Shown piece by piece: positions 1-12,381 of a stretch of 41,254 bases of DNA (its first letter is position 1; every line of letters begins with the position of its first letter). A program made the translations under genes and the position numbers. The stretch is from assembly GCA_051003155.1 (NCBI GenBank), contig JBPCLO010000049.1, positions 1 through 41,254 on the forward strand, in the 5' to 3' direction. The DNA is from Fimbriimonadales bacterium. GTDB taxonomy: Bacteria; Armatimonadota; Fimbriimonadia; Fimbriimonadales; ATM1. Under the pieces are notes generated by a model. The model did not search any database, was not told the DNA's origin, and saw only the letters and a program-made list of their open reading frames with translations.

Positions 1-2
1 CG

Positions 3-224
3 GTTGCAGTCGTTGTCGAAATCCGCGATCTCGATGATAACATTCTCAGGCGGGTGGCACGTTTGCGGTACGATGAAGTGAATGAGACGACCGCTCGCTG
101 GGTCGGGCGGTGGAGAGCCTCGCTGCCTCCGGGGATAACGGATTTCAAGCTTACCGTGAGATGCGTGGATAAGGCAGGGAATATCGCCGCGCCTCAAGAA
201 GTTCCACTTCACTTCGGATTCTAA
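3..224 (+). CDS. 3' end of a gene entering from the left edge; Ig-like/surface-protein-type C-terminus
   Basis: Open frame 3..224 reads VAVVVEIRDLDDNILRRVARLRYDEVNETTARWVGRWRASLPPGITDFKLTVRCVDKAGNIAAPQEVPLHFGF*. 'LTVRCVDKAGN' resembles the V-x-A-x-D-x-AGN motif of bacterial Ig-like domains. Confidence 0.55.
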   Translation, partial: VAVVVEIRDLDDNILRRVARLRYDEVNETTARWVGRWRASLPPGITDFKLTVRCVDKAGNIAAPQEVPLHFGF

Positions 225-313
225 GGCGACGAGAAACTAACATTAGGGTGTCAACGGCCCGCGTTCGAACTGCTAGGGGACGGTCGGTGGTTGCCCGCAA
301 GGCTAATTGCGGA

Positions 314-398
314 ATGCTTAGCACAATCTAAGTTAGTCGTCGAAGACGAGCCCGAGATGTCCCGACTCCTGGAGCAATCGCTCCGGGAGTTTGGTTGA
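314..398 (+). pseudogene. Relic of a response-regulator receiver-domain N-terminus
   Basis: ATG314 MLSTI, then a 4-nt frame break (TAAG), then LVVEDEPEMSRLLEQSLREFG*(398). This matches the 'ILVVEDE....LL...L...G' start of OmpR-type receiver domains. Confidence 0.5.
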
Positions 399-639
399 AG
401 CTGAACGTCTGGAAGCATCATGGGGCTTTGATGGGGATTAGTCGCTGAAGCATCTCGTTACTGATTTCGAGAGCGTCTACCAGTTCGCACACACACAGCT
501 CGGCTCTTTGCGGCAACTACATCGCCCCAAAGCCGATTACACGAAGAGCTTCGAAGGGCGACTTCGAGTTGGACGGCGCCATAGTTCTGGCCGAGGAGGC
601 GGCACCACAACTTCGCCGGTTGTGGGTACCATCGCTACG

Positions 640-1035
640 GTGCAACGCTTCCTCACCGCATTGGTGACCCTGCTCTTGCTCGTAGCGGGACAGATTCATG
701 TCTGCCGCCCGGAGTTTCGCATGCCGGACGGCAGTGTCTGTCAGACCTGCCCAACGCTAAATGACGGTGCCCAGCGGCGAATGCAAGTGGGTGACGTGCA
801 TGGTGACTGCCATGATTGTTGTGCACTCGCGGCCTGTGCTTCTCGGCAGCCGGAACCAATGGCTGTCAGCGCCTTCGCGGGCCAAATGGAGCTTGGGCTC
901 GCGCCTGAGGACGATTGGCTTAGACTTCCGTATGCGGCCCATTCAGCGGGGCAGATCGAATACCTCCGGTCTCAGCTGACAACCGGACCCCCTGAATCGA
1001 GTCCCTCGCGGGCTCCTCCTTTCCAACAAAGTTAG
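640..1035 (+). CDS. Cys/His-rich leader protein with C-terminal RAPP motif (DUF2946/CzcI/CruR-like)
   Basis: Likely GTG640 start inside ORF 508..1035. N-terminal hydrophobic segment (RFLTALVTLLLLVAG), CQTC and HGDCHDCC..C motifs, ends TGPPESSPSRAPPFQQS, lies 49 nt upstream of czcC. Confidence 0.75.
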   Translation: MQRFLTALVTLLLLVAGQIHVCRPEFRMPDGSVCQTCPTLNDGAQRRMQVGDVHGDCHDCCALAACASRQPEPMAVSAFAGQMELGLAPEDDWLRLPYAAHSAGQIEYLRSQLTTGPPESSPSRAPPFQQS

Positions 1036-1081
1036 TCGCTCTGCGGCTTTTTGCCGCCTCGACCTACGTTCAGTTGGAGCC
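1011..1081 (+). promoter_or_regulatory. Putative RBS-sequestering RNA structure between the leader ORF and czcC
   Basis: Hairpin GCGGC-TTTTT-GCCGC (1043-1057), extended by GTCG/CGAC (1035-1038/1060-1063). TCCAAC (1022-1027) is complementary to GTTGGA (1073-1078). GGCTCC (1011-1016) is complementary to GGAGCC (1076-1081), which contains the czcC SD. Confidence 0.5.
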
Positions 1082-1084
1082 AAT

Positions 1085-2296
1085 TTGAAATCCATAGCAT
1101 TGATCGCCTTTGCGTTTGCCTTTTGGCAGAGCGCAGGGGGACAGGAAAAACCGTTACAACTACCCCAGGCCCTTGCTGCCGCGAGAGCGAACCGGCCAAA
1201 CATCGAGGCGGCTCAACTGCGGGTCACGAGCGCTCGTTTGTCTCGCCGAGGACTCGGCGCCTTTCCTGCCACAAGGCTCTTCGTTGGTTACACCAGCGAC
1301 GTTGCTACGGGTGGAAGCGACGATGACCTCGTGCTCGCCCAGCCGCTCGACATCTTCGGACGCGCTTCGGCTTTTAAGGCGGTGGGCGATGCCGAGATTG
1401 CTCGAGCGGAAGCGGCGCTCCAGCAAGTTCTCGCTGACGTTCAATCCCAGGTCATCGAGGAATTTAGCGAGGCGGCAGCGGCGAAGGCACTTGCGGAAAG
1501 TGCCGCGCAGGGCCAGGAAATCGCGCAGAAGCTCTACGGCGCCATCCAGACCTTGGTGGAAGAGGGCAAGCTGCCTGGGGTCCAACTGACGCGAGTCGGG
1601 ATCGAGCTCGACCGAGCGAAGCTCACCGCCGGCCAGCGAAACTCGGAACTGCAGGCCAGCATTCAGCGGCTGAGCGGCCTTCTCAATACTCCGCCCGAAG
1701 GCATTGTGGTCCAGAACTTTGCTCAGATCACCGTAGAACTGATCGAGCCTGCACAGATGCAGATCCAGCGCGCAGACTTAATGCTCCTGGCTGCAGAGAT
1801 TCGAGCCGCCGATGCCGAGGCGCGAGTCGCACGGCTTGGCAATGCGCCGGAGTTGGAGATTCAAGGAAGGCGCACGGCGTGGCAGGAGCCCGACGCAAGA
1901 TACGGGCTGCGCGTGCAGCTTGGCTTGCCGATCTACGACTTTGGACGGGCCCGCGCGGAGACGGCTTCCGCACGTGCCAAGGCGGAGGGTGCAAGGAAGG
2001 CGCTCGCCGATGCAAAACGCATCGCTGAGTCCGAGTTGCAGGCAGCGCGCATCGAACTTACCGCGGCTTTAGACCAGATTCTGCGTTACCAATCCATCGT
2101 CGCGAACGCGAGGCTCCTAGTCGAAAGGTCGAGAATCGGGTTCACGGAACGGGCGATCACCCTCGTGGAGCTTCTTGAAAGTACACGGGCTTTGCGAGAG
2201 GTGGAGGAAGGCTACGTAGAGGCCAGGCTGAGGTTGGCTCAAGCACAGTCGGCATATCTGCGGGCGAGCGGAAGGCTCTTGGAGGACGGCAAGTGA
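1085..2296 (+). CDS. czcC: TolC-family outer-membrane efflux protein (CzcC-like)
   Basis: Signal peptide, two OEP-like helical repeats (e.g. 'LVLAQPLDIFG', 'LGLPIYDFG'), TTG start with GGAG SD, first gene of a CBA triad. Confidence 0.85.
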   Translation: MKSIALIAFAFAFWQSAGGQEKPLQLPQALAAARANRPNIEAAQLRVTSARLSRRGLGAFPATRLFVGYTSDVATGGSDDDLVLAQPLDIFGRASAFKAVGDAEIARAEAALQQVLADVQSQVIEEFSEAAAAKALAESAAQGQEIAQKLYGAIQTLVEEGKLPGVQLTRVGIELDRAKLTAGQRNSELQASIQRLSGLLNTPPEGIVVQNFAQITVELIEPAQMQIQRADLMLLAAEIRAADAEARVARLGNAPELEIQGRRTAWQEPDARYGLRVQLGLPIYDFGRARAETASARAKAEGARKALADAKRIAESELQAARIELTAALDQILRYQSIVANARLLVERSRIGFTERAITLVELLESTRALREVEEGYVEARLRLAQAQSAYLRASGRLLEDGK

Positions 2297-3845
2297 AGCA
2301 GTTGTGGACGTTAGCTGTTTGCGCAGGGCTTGGCGGCTTTTTGGCCGGTTGCGGGAGCGGAGGGGACCCGGCGCCGGCGCACGTCGAGGAAGCGCCCCAC
2401 GAAGAACCAGGGCATGCCGAGGACATCACGCTCACGGCTGAAGCGGCCAAGATCGCGGGAATCGAGATCGAGCAGGCGCGCCGCATGCCGATGCAAGCCG
2501 AGCTGAGTGTCCCCGGAGTCGTGACGAACACCGCCCACGGCAAGGCCGTCGTAACACCACCCGTCGCAGGCAAGGTCAAGCGCTTGCTCGTTAGGATGGG
2601 CGATCAAGTGCGAGCGGGTCAGCCCATCGCCACTCTCCAATCCTCCGAGTTGGCGGAGGCGTTCGCGCACATTATCGAGGCGCAGCGCGATCTCGCAACC
2701 TCGCAGGCGGCTGTTCGTGAGGCACTGGCGGAACTGAACTTGTCGAGGGGCCAGCTAAGAGCCACGCGAGTGTCATTGGACCGCCAAAGACAATTCGCCA
2801 GCACCGGGGCTTTCAGCCAGCCGGGCGTTCAGCAAGCCGAGAAGGATCTCAACGAGGCCGAGACCGAGCTTGAAGGGACGCTTCAAGAGCAGGTACTACA
2901 CCAGGCGCAGCTCGAACGCGCGGAGCGCCTATTCAGGCAAGAACTGATTTCGCGTAGCGAGTTAGAAGAAGCACGCCTCGAGGCGCAAAAGGACAAGCTC
3001 CGACAGGAGAAAGCCAAGCGCCAGATTCAAATTGCCAGATCGGCCTTCCGGCGGGAAAAAACTATCGCCCAGCGTGGCCTTATGAACTCCAAAGAAATCC
3101 AGACCGCCGACGCCGAAGTCCGAGCCGCGAACCTCGGGGTCGAGCAGTCCAAAATTAGGCATCGTTCTGCCCAAGCGGCGGTCCGGGGTGCGCAGCAGGG
3201 CCTCCAGGCGGCGAGGGTCAGCTATGACGCTCTGTCGGGAGGCAGCCGGGCTTCTGGCGGAACGGTAACCGTTACTGCTCCGATTGGTGGCACAGTCACG
3301 GATTTCGAAGCGACCCTCGGGCAAGCTTTGGAGCGCACGTCCGAAATATGCCATATAGAGAACCTGCGGACTGTTTGGGTTACCGCGAGCGTTCCAGACA
3401 AGGAGATAGGCAAGGCCCGCAAGGGCGCGACGGCGCAAGTAGCGGTCAAGGCCTTTCCGAACCGGATCTTCGTTGGGGTCGTGCAGGTGGTCGGCAGCCG
3501 TCTTGATCCTAAGACCCGAACCATGCCTGTTCAGGTACTGGTCGACAACCCTGCGGGATCGCTCCGAGCAGATATGTTCGCCGCAGTTTCCCTCGGCGTT
3601 GGCCGGACCGACTTCGTGATCGCCGTCCGACGGAGCGCAATCGTTCAAGAGGGAGACGCCCGCTCGGTCTTCATCGCCGAGGAAGGCGGCAAATACGAGG
3701 AGAAGGTCGTGGAACTCGGCCGCACCAAAGGCGACTACGTGGAAATCCTGAGCGGACTCGACGAGGGCGCCAAGGCGGTGGTCAAGGGCGCGTTCGTACT
3801 AAAGAGCGAAAAGATAAAGAGTGAGCTCAAGGGACACGGACACTG

Positions 3846-3846
<1 letters not shown>
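2293..3846 (+). CDS. czcB: RND efflux periplasmic adaptor subunit (CzcB-like lipoprotein)
   Basis: Lipobox LAGC, His-rich N-terminus, lipoyl halves 'GDQVRAGQPIA' and 'VTAPIGGTV', 'LDPKTRT' beta-barrel motif, C-terminal KGHGH. Overlaps the czcC stop. Confidence 0.88.
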
Positions 3847-6976
<3,130 letters not shown>

Positions 6977-6980
<4 letters not shown>

Positions 6981-7288
6981 AAGAGGTTAAGGCTGTCGTC
7001 CAACCGCATAAACTGGACCAGGTCCTCCACAACCTGCACGAGCTCGGCAACCTGCCGTCTGTCGTGACAACTGAGGCACGGTTCACGAACGTCGTTCCCG
7101 GATTCTACGAAAGCGAGACCATGGCAAAGCTCGAAATGATGGTTCCCGACGCGCTGGTCGAAACTGTGGTCGAGGCGATTCGGAGCGGCGCACATACTGG
7201 CCAAGAAGGCGATGGCCGAATCTTTATCATTCCGATCGAAGAGAGCATCGTTATCCGGACCGGCGAAAGAGGAGAAGATGCTCGGTAA
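6977..7288 (+). CDS. P-II family protein (non-canonical, metal-efflux associated)
   Basis: MKEVKAVVQPHKL...TGQEGDGRIFIIPIEESIVIRTGERGEDA is the PII B-loop/C-loop signature. Overlaps the czcA stop (ATGA). Confidence 0.88.
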
Positions 7289-7324
7289 CATAATAGCGGC
7301 CGTCGCAAGAATCAGGAGGCAAAA

Positions 7325-7918
7325 ATGAAGCATATATTTATAGTCGTTACACTTGCCGTTTTGGGGCAGTGCCAAGGCCAAGGCGGGACATCAGCCGGCG
7401 ATGGGCGAACTGCGGCAGAGGGTAGCGGCTTCCAGGGCACCTCTGCCGCCTTGCTCAACCTTTCCGGCCAACAGTTGGTGCAGCTCGACCAGCTCTGGGA
7501 TTTCGTGAACGCCAAGCGGGAGAAGCAGGAAAAGAAACTCGCCAGCAAGCGCCCGCGGCCAAGCCCCAGAGATTTGGACAACGCGGAACGGGAGATTCGC
7601 AAGGCTTTCGACACGGTCCAGCGCGAGGCGAAGCGCCTGCTCAGCGCAGGGCAGGTCTACCTCCTCGAACAGAGGTCGGCTGAGCTGCGCAGCGCCCCCG
7701 AAATCTCCTACCGCGTCCTCTACCAGATGGGCTTCGCCGAGTTCTTGACGACGCCCATGGACTATGACGCCGCGCGACGATGGCGGGACTCGAAAGATGC
7801 TTTTGGAAAGCGTTCCAAGTCCTCGCCAAACCGCCTCAATCCCTACTGGAGGTCCGGCCTGGGCTTCGGATTCGGCTTTGGCCACCATCACCATCACCAC
7901 GGGAATCGTCGCCACTAG
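7325..7918 (+). CDS. Exported helical protein with LTxxQ-like motifs and His6 tail (Spy/CpxP/ZraP-like)
   Basis: AGGAGG SD. Signal/lipoprotein-like N-terminus (LAVLGQC), LNLSGQQ and LLSAGQ motifs, C-terminus GFGFGHHHHHHGNRRH. Confidence 0.65.
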   Translation: MKHIFIVVTLAVLGQCQGQGGTSAGDGRTAAEGSGFQGTSAALLNLSGQQLVQLDQLWDFVNAKREKQEKKLASKRPRPSPRDLDNAEREIRKAFDTVQREAKRLLSAGQVYLLEQRSAELRSAPEISYRVLYQMGFAEFLTTPMDYDAARRWRDSKDAFGKRSKSSPNRLNPYWRSGLGFGFGFGHHHHHHGNRRH

Positions 7919-7981
7919 CGACTTGGCGCCGAGGTGGAAAGCTCGCCCTGTACGGCCGAAGAAGAGGAATTCGACACGCCC

Positions 7982-10114
7982 ATGCAAGAAAGCGTTTACA
8001 CGATCCAGAAGATGGACTGCCCGACCGAGGAGCAGATCATACGCAACCGGCTCCGATCGGTGAAGGGCATCCTTGGGCTGGAGTTCGACCTCATGAACCG
8101 GCGACTCAAGGTTTCGCACACCTTGGACGATCCTGGCGACATCCAGTCCGCATTGAAGTCGGTCGGAATGGATCCCAAACCTGTCGACCCAGAGTCTGGG
8201 GAGAACGAGCACGGGCAGGCAACAGCTGTCCCGATCGGGGAGCGCTGGCTAATGGGCCTTTCCGGCCTTCTTGCCTTTGGAGCGGAGATCTTCGCCTGGT
8301 CAACAGGTCAGGAGACTTCCTGGCCGGTCATCGCCGCCGCCCTGCTTTCTATCCTGCTGGGAGGAAGGGCAACGATTCGTAAAGGCATCATCTCTCTAAG
8401 AACGTTCACCCTAAACATCAACTTCCTCATGAGCGTCGCCATCATCGGCGCGGTGTCCATTGGTGCATGGCCCGAAGCGGCGATGGTGACGTTTCTTTTT
8501 GGGGTGGCCGAGATGATCGAGGCGTTCTCCCTTGAGCGGGCACGACATGCCATTCGCTCGCTCATGGAGATGTCGCCGGAGAGCGCGCTGGCCCGAACCG
8601 AGGGCGGCGAATGGAAGGAGATGCCCGCTTCGGAGGTCCAAGTTGGCCAGTTCGTCCGCGTTAGACCCGGCGAACGAGTGGCCCTCGACGGCACTGTGAT
8701 TTCCGGCTCTTCGACCGTCAACCAAGCTCCTATCACTGGCGAAAGCATGCCGGTGGGCAAGGAGACGGGGGATACCGTTTTTGCGGGAACGGTCAACGAG
8801 AAGGGCTCTTTTGAGTTCGAAGTGACCGCCAACACGGGCCAGACGACCCTGGCTCGCATCATTCGCGCGGTACAGCAGGCACAGGGCCAGAAAGCGCCGA
8901 CTCAGCGCTTTGTCGATCGCTTCGCTCTCCACTACACTCCAATTGTCGTCATTCTTGCAATCCTCGTCGCCTCCCTCCCGCCGCTCTTTTTCGCTCAGCC
9001 ATTTCAGCCGTGGCTCTACAAGTCGCTTGTGCTGCTCGTCATAGCATGCCCCTGCGCGCTCGTGATCTCGACACCGGTAACCGTGGTAAGCGGTCTTGCT
9101 TCGGCAGCAAGGAATGGCATCCTGGTCAAGGGCGGCGCCTACATGGAGGAAGGCAGCAGGCTGCGAATCCTCGCCCTCGACAAGACCGGCACGCTGACGC
9201 ACGGCGCGCCCAAGGTCACAGACGTTGTGCCCTTCTATTCGAACTCGCCCGAGGAGATCCTGCGATTGGCGGCTGCGGTGGACGCCCCCTCCGAGCATCC
9301 TGTCGCGTCCGCCATCGTCGAGCTGCACATGAGAAGCGGCCAGACACTCACGCCGGTGAAGGATTTCCAGTCGATCACGGGGCGTGGCGTCAGGGGCAAA
9401 GTGGGCGGCAAGCTCTACTTCGTGGGCAACCATCGCCTGGCCCACGAGGAGGACTATTGCAGCCCTGACGTGGAGAAGCTGTTAGAGCGCCTGGAGGCTG
9501 AAGGCAAGACGGTTGTCATCCTCGGAGACGAAGATCGCGCCCTTGGCGTTATCGCCGTTGCAGATACCCTTCGCGACACGAGCATCGAAGCGGTCAAGGA
9601 CTTACACGAGCTCGGAGTCAAGACGCTGATGCTCACAGGCGACAACGAACTCACGGCCAAAGCCATCGCCGTGCAGGTCGGCATCGACGACGCTCGCGGT
9701 GACCTCCTGCCGGAGGATAAGCTGAAGATTATCGAAGACCTCACCAAGGCACATAAGCACGTCGGCATGGTCGGCGACGGCATCAACGACGCACCTGCCC
9801 TTGCGAAGGCCGACATCGGGTTTGCTATGGGCGCCGCAGGAACCGACACTGCCATCGAAACTGCCGACGTCGCGCTAATGCAAGACGACCTGCGCAAGAT
9901 ACCACAGTTCATTCGCCTAAGCCGCCGCACCGGCCAGGTCCTGGCGCAGAACATCGCGCTCGCCATCGGTATCAAGGCGATCTTCTTCGCCTTAGCCCTC
10001 TTCGGCCTCGCGACCCTTTGGATGGCCGTCTTCGCCGACATGGGTGCAAGCCTGCTAGTCACTGTGAACGGTTTGAGACTCCTGCGGCGCGCGGATAGAT
10101 TTGCAGGAAGATAG
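7982..10114 (+). CDS. cadA: Heavy-metal translocating P1B-type ATPase (Cd/Zn/Pb, CadA/ZntA type)
   Basis: MDCPTEE metal-binding domain, TGES, CPC, DKTGT, SEHP, GDGINDAP and ADMG motifs. ATG7982 follows a GAGGA SD (ORF is open from 7934). Confidence 0.93.
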   Translation: MQESVYTIQKMDCPTEEQIIRNRLRSVKGILGLEFDLMNRRLKVSHTLDDPGDIQSALKSVGMDPKPVDPESGENEHGQATAVPIGERWLMGLSGLLAFGAEIFAWSTGQETSWPVIAAALLSILLGGRATIRKGIISLRTFTLNINFLMSVAIIGAVSIGAWPEAAMVTFLFGVAEMIEAFSLERARHAIRSLMEMSPESALARTEGGEWKEMPASEVQVGQFVRVRPGERVALDGTVISGSSTVNQAPITGESMPVGKETGDTVFAGTVNEKGSFEFEVTANTGQTTLARIIRAVQQAQGQKAPTQRFVDRFALHYTPIVVILAILVASLPPLFFAQPFQPWLYKSLVLLVIACPCALVISTPVTVVSGLASAARNGILVKGGAYMEEGSRLRILALDKTGTLTHGAPKVTDVVPFYSNSPEEILRLAAAVDAPSEHPVASAIVELHMRSGQTLTPVKDFQSITGRGVRGKVGGKLYFVGNHRLAHEEDYCSPDVEKLLERLEAEGKTVVILGDEDRALGVIAVADTLRDTSIEAVKDLHELGVKTLMLTGDNELTAKAIAVQVGIDDARGDLLPEDKLKIIEDLTKAHKHVGMVGDGINDAPALAKADIGFAMGAAGTDTAIETADVALMQDDLRKIPQFIRLSRRTGQVLAQNIALAIGIKAIFFALALFGLATLWMAVFADMGASLLVTVNGLRLLRRADRFAGR

Positions 10115-10212
10115 AAATGTTCCGGCGGGGGGATATGTAGGCGCATTAAAGACTTCCCCGTTTCACCACGTTGAGCGCAGCGCCCGCGCTGGGCGGGGTG
10201 GTTCCTTTAACC

Positions 10213-11019
10213 ATGTGTAACGATTCGTCGGTGCCGAAAATGATGCAAGGCCGGTATGGATTAGCCGAGGAATACGCGCGGTTCTGGTCGCCGGTTATCA
10301 AGCCGATGGGCCTGCGATTGTTGGAGACGCTGCCGTTGGGCTCAGCACGGCGGGTCGTCGACATTGGTTGCGGCACAGGAAACTTGATCTCCGAGATTGT
10401 CGCCTCTGCTCCGAACGCGAGATACTTAGGTTTGGATAGAGCAGGCCGTATGCTGGAAGTTGCAGCGAAGAGCTGCGTCCCTTTAGTGCATGCGGACGGT
10501 TGCCGTCTACCGCTTCGCAATTCGAGCTTCGACCTCGCCGTGATGGCTTTCGTGGTGTTCAAGCTGCCGTCTCCCTTGGAGGGATTGATCGAAGCGAAAA
10601 GGGTCCTTCGCCCTGGAGGCACCCTCGGCGTCACCGTGTGGAACGGCGACTCGCATGTGTTGCCGGGGGACGAAATTTGGGTGGAAGCTTTGGCCGACAT
10701 TCCGGCCGACCCGGACGAGTCGAGCCGATTGGAAGACTTGAATGAGATCGAGAAGCTCCGGGCACTTCTGGAGAGCGCCGGTTTTACGGGTATTGATATC
10801 CAATCGGAGGCATTCGAACGCACGTGGACACCGGAATCGATCTTCGCTTTGAAATCCGGGCTTTCTCATCACGTTAGGCTCGTTCAGTTGCCCTTTGATG
10901 AGCGTGAGAGGCGATTAGCAGAAGTGAGGGCGCGTCTTAGCGAAATGGAGCCAAGCTCTTTCATCTGGCGCCCTTCGATTCTGTTTGCGATGTCTCGCAA
11001 CGGACCTCCTGATGACTAG
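10213..11019 (+). CDS. Class I SAM-dependent methyltransferase
   Basis: VVDIGCGTG motif I, ADGCRLPLRNSSFDL, and RVLRPGG. Start uncertain (10171-10241). Confidence 0.85.
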   Translation: MCNDSSVPKMMQGRYGLAEEYARFWSPVIKPMGLRLLETLPLGSARRVVDIGCGTGNLISEIVASAPNARYLGLDRAGRMLEVAAKSCVPLVHADGCRLPLRNSSFDLAVMAFVVFKLPSPLEGLIEAKRVLRPGGTLGVTVWNGDSHVLPGDEIWVEALADIPADPDESSRLEDLNEIEKLRALLESAGFTGIDIQSEAFERTWTPESIFALKSGLSHHVRLVQLPFDERERRLAEVRARLSEMEPSSFIWRPSILFAMSRNGPPDD

Positions 11020-11131
11020 GAAGATCGATCGAATCTAGGCGGCAGGTCGACACCGTGCCAGTCGCGAAGCATGTGCCTGTCCCGATATCTTCGTCATCTA
11101 TGTCGTACCCGAAAGGTATATACTGCCCAGA

Positions 11132-11539
11132 ATGCCGGCTCATGACCTATTCGAGCTAGTGCTGCGCGTCAAAGACGTCGAAGTGGCGGCGGCTTTTTAT
11201 CGGGATGTCGTGGGGCTCGAGCCGATCAGGGATCCTGCCGACGGGTGGGCCAGCTTCTGGGCGGGCGAGAAGAAAGAGAATCGCTGGCTGGGCCTCCGGC
11301 AAGGCTCCCTCCTCTATGAGCAATACTCGCCACTGCCTGAGGGGCATAGATTCGGGCCGGTTCATTACGCATTCAAGCTGCCGGCTTCCGAAGTCAACGC
11401 GACATTGGACCGGCTGAAGACACATGGCGTTGCCGTCTACGGCCCTGAGAATTGGGAGCCGGGGCGCTTCGAAGGCTCGTCGTACTACTTCTACGATCCC
11501 GACGCCAACCTGCTCGAGATCTGGTTCCCGAAGGCCTGA
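11132..11539 (+). CDS. VOC/glyoxalase family protein
   Basis: LRVKDVEVAAAFYRDVVGL, HYAF and YFYDPDANLLEI motifs. Confidence 0.88.
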   Translation: MPAHDLFELVLRVKDVEVAAAFYRDVVGLEPIRDPADGWASFWAGEKKENRWLGLRQGSLLYEQYSPLPEGHRFGPVHYAFKLPASEVNATLDRLKTHGVAVYGPENWEPGRFEGSSYYFYDPDANLLEIWFPKA

Positions 11540-11592
11540 GCCCGATGAATCCGCGCCGCAGTTTGGGGCTGCGCGATAAGAATATACCGGCC

Positions 11593-11927
11593 TCACGCCG
11601 GCTCGATTTTGACCGCCGTACCATAGGAGATGACTTCGGTCACGCCGGAAGCGAGCTCAGTAGCGTCGTATCGCATGGGAGGATGGCGTTCGCCCCGACC
11701 CGGACCGCATGGCTCATCATTAACTCGTACGCCTCCTTGCGCGAGGCCTCGGCGAGTTTCGTGAATAGGTCGATGGTTCCGTCGAAGACCGTTTGCAGCG
11801 ATGCGCCGATGCTGCCGAAAATCGAGCGGCTGCGCACGGTGATTCCCCTCACGACGCCGAAATTCGCGACGACCTTGCAGCCGTCAAAGCTGTTGGCCGT
11901 TGTGACCCAGGAATGAATGTCGAGCAT
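11593..11927 (-). pseudogene. ybjQ: YbjQ/UPF0145 family protein with a 1-nt frameshift
   Basis: MLDIHSWVTTANSFDGCKVVANFGVVRGITVRSRSIFG...GANAIL, then 'CC' (one base missing, ~11677), then MRYDATELASGVTEVISYGTAVKIEPA* in the shifted frame. Confidence 0.85.
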
Positions 11928-12041
11928 GCAACAACGACGCGCAGGCGTCGCCGCAAGGTGCTTGATTGCCGACGCTATCGCCAATCTGATCGGGGGTACG
12001 ATGATTCGGCCCCTTTTCAAAGAGGCACAAGGAGACAATCG

Positions 12042-12329
12042 ATGATTACCCTCGTTTTCGACGCCCCCGGCGTCACTGCAGCACAGTACGAAGAGGTCTG
12101 CCGCCTCTCGAATTGCACGCAATCTAACGTCCCCAACGGCTTGATCTTCCACTCCGCGTCGCCAACCGACACGGGATGGCTCGTGGTCGACGTGTGGGAT
12201 TCCGAGGAGAAGTTCAAGGCATTCGGCGAGCGCCTCGGCCCCGCTCTGGAGAAGGCGGGCATCACCCAGCAGCCCCGCATCTACAAGACCCACGCCATCA
12301 TCGACGGCACCGTCCTCGCGTCGGTCTAA
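12042..12329 (+). CDS. Small dimeric alpha/beta-barrel (ABM-like) hypothetical protein
   Basis: AGGAGA SD before ATG12042. MITLVFDAPGVTAAQYEEV...GLIFHSA...GWLVVDVWDSEEKFKAF, where 'VVDVWDSEE.F' is typical of ABM-like proteins. Confidence 0.75.
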   Translation: MITLVFDAPGVTAAQYEEVCRLSNCTQSNVPNGLIFHSASPTDTGWLVVDVWDSEEKFKAFGERLGPALEKAGITQQPRIYKTHAIIDGTVLASV

Positions 12330-12381
12330 GTGCAGCCTCCTTCCTGGTGGTGGTGACCTTCCCGGGATTAGGAGAATCGTA

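Noticed and set aside
318..326. TTAGCAC resembling a CIRCE half-site
   Set aside because: The second arm (GAGTGCTAA) is absent and there is no adjacent chaperone gene.
508..639. N-terminal 44 codons of ORF 508..1035
   Set aside because: No SD at TTG508. The signal-like segment and a -10 box point to GTG640 as the start.
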